From positions 1 through 64,000 of the IMG/VR virus record IMGVR_UViG_3300020371_000004: a stretch of DNA of 64,000 bases. One strand, 5' to 3'. Below, piece after piece: positions 58,611-64,000 of the stretch (within the stretch, counting starts at the first letter, position 1; each line of letters begins with the position of its first letter). This DNA is from a virus. The position numbers and the translations under genes were made by a program. Below the pieces are notes generated by a model. That model did no database searches and was not told the origin of the DNA. It worked only from the letters and a program-made list of their open reading frames with translations.

Positions 58611-59660
58611 ATGGCGGCAGACGTACTATTATATAATGCGTTAAACGACCTTAACGCATCCAAAAGAGCACAAGTTGCTGCTCTTGATTCTCAAATTGCA
58701 GCAAAAGCAACTGAATGTGCTGGTTATGAAAATACAATTGCAACTAATAGTGTAGCAATTGCTAATCAGGCAGGTCCAGAACACCCAGAACTTTGGGGTC
58801 TTATTCCAACTCAACCTGCAGAAGGTGGAAACTTCGATAGTGGATTTAAAGTTTGTGATACTTCTGGTTACTTCCGTTGTGGTTCAAGTTGCACTTGGAC
58901 TGTTCCAACTGGTGTAACTTGTGCTCGTTTCCAAATTTGGGGTTCTGGTGCAGGAACTGGTTCATCATGTTGCTGTGGATGGACACATATCGGTCCTTCT
59001 GGTGCATATGCATCTGTAATTATTCCAGTAACAGAAGGTGATACATACACCTTATGTGGTGGTTGTGCATATTGTTGTTATGGAACAAGAGGACAGGTAA
59101 CAGTTCAAGGTTGCCCATCTTATGTAACTGGTACTGGTCTCACCAACTTCTGTGCTGAAGGTGGAATAGCAGGAATGTTCTGCGAGATGAAAGTAAGATG
59201 CTCAATGGCATTAATTTGCTGTAACTATTGCATCTACTCTGCAGGTTCTTCTTGTATTTGTACAACTGGTACTGACGTTTGTATTAATGGCAACCAAGGT
59301 GGTTATACCTGCTCAAATAGTGCAGGTGCAGTAAATATCAGAAAGAGTTGTTCCATGTATTATGGTTCAGCAGCAAGTGGAACTGTATATGGTATTCAGG
59401 GTGCATACCACCTAACTCAAGAAGGTAATGGTGCTCAAATTTGCATCAGGCACGCACCAATTTATGGATTCCCCAATGACTCCTGCTGCCACTGCTGTAT
59501 GGCTACATCAGGTAGAGCAGGTTTACAGAGATCTGCATGTGCTGGATACATGCAAATTCCATCTGCTGGTGGATGGGCAGCATATACCTGTACTGGTTGT
59601 AATGACCACTGTGGTGATGCTGGTAGAATGGGTATGGTTTGTGTATCTTGGAAGGCTTGA
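58611..59660 (+). CDS. Cys/Gly-rich fibre-tip-like protein 1
   Basis: Coiled-coil N-terminus; CTWTVPTGVTCARFQIWGSGAG..GAYAS glycine-rich phage tail domain pattern; about 34 Cys by hand count. Confidence 0.75.
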   Translation: MAADVLLYNALNDLNASKRAQVAALDSQIAAKATECAGYENTIATNSVAIANQAGPEHPELWGLIPTQPAEGGNFDSGFKVCDTSGYFRCGSSCTWTVPTGVTCARFQIWGSGAGTGSSCCCGWTHIGPSGAYASVIIPVTEGDTYTLCGGCAYCCYGTRGQVTVQGCPSYVTGTGLTNFCAEGGIAGMFCEMKVRCSMALICCNYCIYSAGSSCICTTGTDVCINGNQGGYTCSNSAGAVNIRKSCSMYYGSAASGTVYGIQGAYHLTQEGNGAQICIRHAPIYGFPNDSCCHCCMATSGRAGLQRSACAGYMQIPSAGGWAAYTCTGCNDHCGDAGRMGMVCVSWKA

Positions 59661-59667
59661 TAATACA

Positions 59668-59673
59668 TAAATA
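59668..59673 (+). promoter_or_regulatory. late promoter
   Basis: (A)TAAATA in the intergenic gap. Confidence 0.55.
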
Positions 59674-59713
59674 ATCATATTAAAGGAAAAACTCTAGAGG
59701 ATAGCTTAGAACA

Positions 59714-60352
59714 ATGATTACTAAGGAGTTCACATATGCCCTGCCCGATGAATTATGGGTAGAAGGTGTTTCAGGTGATGTAACTGGAACTTGGACTTAT
59801 GAAGGTCCAGAAACAATTAAACTATATGCAGATCCCGATGACGGTACTATTACTGCCATCGACCCTGGTCATCCTCTCCCTGCAGGGAATGTAGAGGTAA
59901 CTATTGATGCAAATGCTAATCCAGAATTGGCAGAAATGGTTGCTCACTTCTTCACAGATGATGTAGTGAACAATCCTACTTTTGAGGATGTTACCATGGA
60001 CAATGGTGATATCTACAAAAGATTGACAAATCCTCGTATGATTGATGCATATGAACTTCAATATGATGCAGAGAATGATGCACTAAAACTTGCACAAGTT
60101 CTTAGAGCAATTGACGACAGTGGAAAGGTTACTGCCCAGCAGAGAAAAGATAAGATGCAAGCTTATCTGGATGAATATGATTTTGGAACAGACACTAATG
60201 CTGCTATTCAAACATACATCGATACTTTGACTACCTATATCAATAACTATGTTGGTGTTCAGCCATGGAAGTACATTAATATTCCTCAAGCAGAAGCAGC
60301 ACCCAAGATTCCAGCAGCAATTCAGGCTGAAATTAATAAACTGGGAGTATAA
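59714..60352 (+). CDS. hypothetical acidic protein, possibly a fibre assembly chaperone
   Basis: Cys-free, acidic; sits between the two Cys-rich paralogues; helical C-terminus ending in a Pro-rich tail. Confidence 0.6.
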   Translation: MITKEFTYALPDELWVEGVSGDVTGTWTYEGPETIKLYADPDDGTITAIDPGHPLPAGNVEVTIDANANPELAEMVAHFFTDDVVNNPTFEDVTMDNGDIYKRLTNPRMIDAYELQYDAENDALKLAQVLRAIDDSGKVTAQQRKDKMQAYLDEYDFGTDTNAAIQTYIDTLTTYINNYVGVQPWKYINIPQAEAAPKIPAAIQAEINKLGV

Positions 60353-60356
60353 TTAA

Positions 60357-61406
60357 ATGGACGTATTATCGTATTCTGCTTTTAATGAAAGCAAAAAGTT
60401 AGACGACTTAATTGCACAAAGAACTACTGAGTTAGCAACTAAAACGGCAGAAACTGCCACTAAGGCTTCCAATGCTGCTCAGTTTAATGCCAGTTCATTA
60501 TGTTGGTTGCAGTGTGTGGAACCCTGCCTTCAGGGTTGCCCTCACGCAGAGAGCCTTTGGTGCTTTATTCCTGGATTAGATACCGTTACTGACGGTCAAA
60601 AGATTTGTAATACCTGTCCACAATTTAACTGTGGTAACTGCTGCTTATGGACTGTTCCTGAGGGTGCTACCCAGATTAGATTCCAATTATGGGGTGCTGG
60701 TGGTGGTTCAAGTACTGGTTGCTGCTGTGGTGGTTCACCTTTTGGAGCAACGGGTGCATATGCATCAGTAATTATTCCTGCAACTCCAGGTTGTCAGTAT
60801 ACTATTTGTACTGGTTGTGCATATTGCTGCTTCCCATCTGTTGGTGGAGTTGGTAGAGTTGCTGGATGCCCAACATGGATCACTGGTTACGGTCTTGATA
60901 ACGTCTGTGCTGCAGGTGGACCTGGAAACATGGGTGAGTGGATGAGTACTTATGGTAAGGCAAATACTTACAGAATGAGTCACCATTCTCACCCATCTGC
61001 TGGTCCATGCTTCTGTAATAATGGTGCTGATTATTGCTTCAACAGCTCCTGTGCTACTTGTGGTATTATTCCAATCGTCCCTGCTGGTGAATACTTTGGA
61101 ACAGTAACACACCCAGATGCTGTAGGTAGTATCGTATATGGTATTAGAGGTATGTGGCCTTGCATCTGCTTCCAAACAGATCACTATGGTTATCAGCAGC
61201 ATCCTCCAGTCTATGGATTTGAATCTGTATCCAAATGTAATCCTTCTTGGTCTTCTGGATATTGTTGCGGATGTGAATGTAGTGCTGGTAGAGGATATCT
61301 CCAAGTTCCTGGTGCAGGTGGTTACTACTCTACCGCAATGGGTGGTGCGACTAGTATGTGCGGAGATATGGGTAGAATGGGTATGGTCTGCATTCAGTGG
61401 AAGTAA
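60357..61406 (+). CDS. Cys/Gly-rich fibre-tip-like protein 2 (paralogue of 58611)
   Basis: CLWTVPEGATQIRFQLWGAGGG..CCCGG..GAYASVIIP..CAYCC..CGDMGRMGMVCIQWK; about 34 Cys by hand count. Confidence 0.75.
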   Translation: MDVLSYSAFNESKKLDDLIAQRTTELATKTAETATKASNAAQFNASSLCWLQCVEPCLQGCPHAESLWCFIPGLDTVTDGQKICNTCPQFNCGNCCLWTVPEGATQIRFQLWGAGGGSSTGCCCGGSPFGATGAYASVIIPATPGCQYTICTGCAYCCFPSVGGVGRVAGCPTWITGYGLDNVCAAGGPGNMGEWMSTYGKANTYRMSHHSHPSAGPCFCNNGADYCFNSSCATCGIIPIVPAGEYFGTVTHPDAVGSIVYGIRGMWPCICFQTDHYGYQQHPPVYGFESVSKCNPSWSSGYCCGCECSAGRGYLQVPGAGGYYSTAMGGATSMCGDMGRMGMVCIQWK

Positions 61407-61423
61407 TACCCTTCTGATTACAT

Positions 61424-61431
61424 TATAAATA
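61424..61431 (+). promoter_or_regulatory. late promoter (full T4 consensus)
   Basis: TATAAATA 27 nt upstream of ATG 61458. Confidence 0.7.
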
Positions 61432-61457
61432 TTTGAAAATACATCGTTATTTGTTTT

Positions 61458-62561
61458 ATGAACAAAGCATTTTTTATTAACGGTGGAGCAGGGAGAGTTC
61501 TCTGCTCCATTCCTGCGTTGGAGCATCATGCAAAAACCAATAAAGACTTCGTAATTGTTGCAGAGTCTTGGGGAGAATTATATTTAACAAGCCCTATCCT
61601 TCGGGAGAGGGCATTTCCTATGCATCATAAAAATCTTTTTGAGGATTATCTCAAAGATAAGGAAATTATTAGTCCAGAACCTTATAGATTAAATGCTTAT
61701 TTCAACCAAAAAGCAAATTTGATTCAAGCATTTGATATGCTAATTAATGGTCTTGATGAAGTTCCAGAAACTAAAGAATTGAAGTTAGAACTTCCTAAAG
61801 ACACTCAGATACTTGGATATAATTTAGTTAGTGAAGTAAAAGAAAAACTTAAAAAAGATAAGGTTGTTGTTTTCCAACCATTTGGAAGTACAGTAAAAAC
61901 TGAAGGTAAGTTTATTACTGATTCTTCTGGAAGAAGTTTTGAGATGAAGAATGTATATTCTATCATTGAAGAACTCAAAAAAGATTATGGTGTTATCCTA
62001 ATGTCAAATGTGGAGATTCCTGGTTGGGAAGACCTTGGTGTAGCAAAACCATCAGGAACAGGTCTTCTTGAATGGTGTGGTATAATTAATGCTTCAGATT
62101 ATTTCTTGGGGTGTGATAGTGTAGGGCAGCATATGGCACATGGACTAAATAAACCAGCAACTGTAGTCATTGGTTCAACGTATCCAGAGAACATTTCATA
62201 TCCTGGAAATAAAAACTTTAAGATTATAGATTTGGGTAACGAGAAAAGAAAGTATACCCCAATCAGAATGACTTTTGACCAATGTATTGACTTAAATAAT
62301 GAATCCCTAATGGTTATTGAAACTGATAATCAGATTAAAGATTTAAAGAAGTCGATAGTTAATAAAATTGGTACTTCAAAGAAAGTATCAAAATCTACAT
62401 TTAATGCTGGAAGTAGCAATGTTAAGGGAGCAAAAATGCCTCCTCAGGCATCCTTTTCTTCAGGAGGAGGAGCAGTAGATACTCTTTTAAGTGGTTCTAA
62501 AAAGAGTACCAAAAAGACTACTATAGATAAAGTTTTAGAACTTGATAACGCAAAAAATTGA
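61458..62561 (+). CDS. GT-B fold glycosyltransferase, family 9 (heptosyltransferase)-like
   Basis: GGAGRVLCSIPAL, VVVFQPFGS and IINASDYFLGCDSVGQHMAHGLNKPATVVIGST match GT9 segments; basic low-complexity tail. Confidence 0.7.
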   Translation: MNKAFFINGGAGRVLCSIPALEHHAKTNKDFVIVAESWGELYLTSPILRERAFPMHHKNLFEDYLKDKEIISPEPYRLNAYFNQKANLIQAFDMLINGLDEVPETKELKLELPKDTQILGYNLVSEVKEKLKKDKVVVFQPFGSTVKTEGKFITDSSGRSFEMKNVYSIIEELKKDYGVILMSNVEIPGWEDLGVAKPSGTGLLEWCGIINASDYFLGCDSVGQHMAHGLNKPATVVIGSTYPENISYPGNKNFKIIDLGNEKRKYTPIRMTFDQCIDLNNESLMVIETDNQIKDLKKSIVNKIGTSKKVSKSTFNAGSSNVKGAKMPPQASFSSGGGAVDTLLSGSKKSTKKTTIDKVLELDNAKN

Positions 62562-62570
62562 GGTTTTACT

Positions 62571-64000
62571 ATGGAAAGAGACGAAGTAATTGTTGCTATT
62601 ACTAGAGGACATAACGCAAGTACCACCTTAATGATTAATGGTGAAATTAAGTGGTATCTTGAAGAAGAAAGAATCACAAGAAGGAAGTATGATGGATGTC
62701 CTCTTGCAGGTCTAATTCAAGTTTCTAAAGAAGTTGACCATATTGATGAACTAATCATCTGCCATACACATAGAGGTGGTCCACAAACCGACTGGACAGC
62801 AACAGACATTTATGAGGCATTGGTTCAGAAACTATTTAAGTTTGATACGAATAATCTACCTGCTGTTCATTTTGTAGATACTATTCACCATGAACTTCAT
62901 GCTGCAGTTGGATTTATAAATTCTGGATTTGATGAAGCAGTATGTGTTATTGCTGATGGTGCTGGTAGTTTTCTTGAAAGTACCGAATGGGAAGGAACAG
63001 CATTTGAATTTGAAACCATTTTTAAGGCAGAATGGCCAAAGAATAATGGTGAATCAATGCTTAAATTTGAAACACTTTGGAAGCATTTAGGTCAAAAAGA
63101 TTCAAGAAAATCTGATATTATCTTTGGTGGTACAACTCTAATCGATAGTTATTTGGGAATCACAAAAGCATATGAAGCAGTTACTGAGTATTGTGGATTC
63201 CAATCTATTGATGCTGGAAAAACAATGGGTCTTTCTCCTTACGGAAAAGAAAATCCAGAACTTCCTAGTTTGTTAGATGAAAATGGTAATATCACAAGAG
63301 CACTATTCATTCCAAACTATCCTAATGGATCTTGGATTGATATTGGTGTAAGTGAAGCACTTCAAAAAGATTGCTCAGAAGAAAATACAGCAATTAAAGA
63401 AAGTGGTGGTTATACTCAAACTCAAAAAGATATGGCATATGCTGTTCAGAAAATGACTGAACAAAAGATGTGTGATCTAATCAGAAAAGCAGTAGAACTT
63501 TCTGGTTGTAATAATGTTATAGTTTGTGGTGGTTATGGTCTTAACTGCGTTGCAAATTATAAGTATTGGCAAAATTTTCCAGATATTAATATTCATTGTG
63601 AACCAATTGCACATGATGGTGGTATTTCTATTGGTGCAGCAAAACTTCTTTATTCCAGAAAGCACGAACTTCAAGAACCTTGGCCAGTACAAACGTCTAT
63701 TTACTATGGACCTCAGTATGATTATTCTGAATATGAAAAGGCAATTGCTGACTTAGAGACTACAGATGTTTCTTATGATGATATTGCTAAACTAATTCGT
63801 GAAGGAAACATTGTTACTATTTTCCAAGGTCGTTCTGAAGGTGGTCCTAGAGCACTAGGTAATAGGTCTATTCTGTTTGACCCAACTATTAAAAATGGTA
63901 AAGATATTGTCAACAGTGTTAAAAAACGAGAGTTCTTCAGACCATTTGCATGTAGCATAAAAGAAGAAAGTGTACATGAATACTTCGATTTGGCAGGTCG
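62571..64000 (+). CDS. NodU/CmcH-family carbamoyltransferase (truncated by the window end; absent from the ORF track)
   Basis: Hand translation: MERDEVIVAITRGHNASTTL..EEERITRRKYDG..HHELHAAVGF..IADGAG..AGKTMGLSPYG..GGYGLNCVANY..AHDGGISIGAA..FQGRSEGGPRALGNRSILFDP..VKKREFFRPFACS. Confidence 0.92.
   Translation, partial: MERDEVIVAITRGHNASTTLMINGEIKWYLEEERITRRKYDGCPLAGLIQVSKEVDHIDELIICHTHRGGPQTDWTATDIYEALVQKLFKFDTNNLPAVHFVDTIHHELHAAVGFINSGFDEAVCVIADGAGSFLESTEWEGTAFEFETIFKAEWPKNNGESMLKFETLWKHLGQKDSRKSDIIFGGTTLIDSYLGITKAYEAVTEYCGFQSIDAGKTMGLSPYGKENPELPSLLDENGNITRALFIPNYPNGSWIDIGVSEALQKDCSEENTAIKESGGYTQTQKDMAYAVQKMTEQKMCDLIRKAVELSGCNNVIVCGGYGLNCVANYKYWQNFPDINIHCEPIAHDGGISIGAAKLLYSRKHELQEPWPVQTSIYYGPQYDYSEYEKAIADLETTDVSYDDIAKLIREGNIVTIFQGRSEGGPRALGNRSILFDPTIKNGKDIVNSVKKREFFRPFACSIKEESVHEYFDLAG

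Noticed and set aside
58611-61406. Selenoprotein or recoded stop codons in the Cys-rich genes
   Set aside because: Both frames are uninterrupted, equal in length and end at homologous C-termini; standard-code genes tile the window without gaps
60765-61529. 254-aa minus-strand ORF
   Set aside because: Antisense shadow of the Cys/Gly-rich gene; T/S-rich translation and no expression signals
62444-63958. Short ORF-track ORFs at the right end
   Set aside because: They overlap the carbamoyltransferase frame starting at 62571 (or the end of the glycosyltransferase), which the track omitted because its stop lies outside the window

Overview
This is a gene-dense, almost entirely plus-strand segment of a large T4-like marine cyanomyophage (Kyanoviridae-like; inferred from gp25/gp6/gp7/gp8 synteny and TAAATA late promoters). 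(1) About 1 kb of non-coding DNA (452-1467) holds seven perfect DnaA-box 9-mers in two clusters, short iterated motifs and two outward-facing sigma70 promoters, making it a candidate origin or DnaA-titration locus. (2) A few early genes follow: a GT-A glycosyltransferase-like protein, a 46-aa basic peptide and an ATP-grasp-like protein. (3) The baseplate module has gp25, gp6, a giant gp7 that appears split around a gp9-like gene, gp8 and a VrlC/DUF4815-type protein. (4) An accessory virion module interleaves three intact subtilisin-like (S8) proteases with fibre genes. (5) Next come a cupredoxin-tipped fibre and a 2373-aa repeat protein with a structured 5' leader. (6) The window ends with a tailspike-like gene, two ~10% Cys paralogues, a GT9-like glycosyltransferase and a NodU-type carbamoyltransferase that runs off the edge. 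All product calls come from motif recognition by eye; no searches were run. No tRNA, rRNA, CRISPR array or mobile element was seen.
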